Below, in pieces: positions 63,423-64,000 of a DNA stretch of 64,000 bases. The position numbers and the translations under genes were made by a program. The stretch spans positions 26,114,954 through 26,178,953 of the forward strand of contig CP154954.1 in assembly GCA_039621445.1 (NCBI GenBank). Direction: 5' to 3'. The notes below the pieces were generated by a model, which worked only from the letters and a program-made list of their open reading frames with translations, was not told the DNA's origin and did no database searches. This DNA is from Euglena gracilis. Its lineage: Eukaryota. The first letter of the stretch is position 1. Each line of letters begins with the position of its first letter.

Positions 63423-64000
63423 TTTTTTCCCTCGGAAGAGCTGTCACCCAATCTGGCCCCTGCAGTGTACTGTAAGAATTGGGTTACAACCTCGAGGGGT
63501 GTATTCCTTTCTTGTATAATTGTATATTTGTATCTCTCACCCGTTTGCACTCTCCAGCTGCAGATGAAAATCTGTAAATTGGTCCATGCCGATCAACCCA
63601 GGGTTTCTGATCAGGATACGAGGACAACACAGCCCATGGAAGTTTTCAGTGTTTCCACTGGCTGGATGAACATTCTGTATATAACACCAGATCTAAAACA
63701 ATGCCAGAAATTTTGTGTACAAAGTGCTCAAACCTGGAGTGGTTTCTTTTGTTGTGCATGTTGGTGTAGGAGCAATGGTGAAAATGAAGGCTGGTGGACT
63801 GGGTTTTTTGGTGGACACACTTGGTGAGTCATAAAAAAAATGTTATAATACGCCTGGCCAACTACTTGACCCGTTATAATCAAATGGATTTCAAAGAAAA
63901 AAAAAGCTTCAGTCTATCTGGACATCAGATTTTACCAGAATACAGAAATATTTTCCAGAAGAACCAAAATAATTCCCTTTCATTCTGGGAAAACTCCAAT

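Overview
Eukaryotic nuclear DNA, almost entirely nested, mostly non-autonomous DNA transposons rich in G/C homopolymers, plus micro- and minisatellites and decayed TE coding remnants. About 20 insertions can be delimited from terminal inverted repeats (TIRs) and target-site duplications (TSDs): MULE-like (9 bp), hAT-like (5/7/8/9 bp), PIF/Harbinger (3 bp), CACTA, TA/TTAA MITEs, and a TSD-less Helitron-like family. Recognisable protein remnants are a Harbinger DDE transposase, a hAT dimerisation domain, a DIRS-type RNase H, two homologous Crypton-like tyrosine recombinases, tandem F-box motifs and weak RT traces. No intact long CDS, rRNA, tRNA or CRISPR was seen, and most listed ORFs are repeat artefacts. 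Short GC3-rich candidate exons of a + strand host gene lie at about 47.3-62.6 kb. One of its introns (51595-53536) fits the euglenid nonconventional-intron geometry (CAG at +4..+6, CTG at -8..-6), suggesting a euglenid source (inference). That geometry would remove exactly a CAG...CTG hAT MITE plus one 8-bp TSD, which is the most interesting lead. All assignments were made by eye; no database searches were run.
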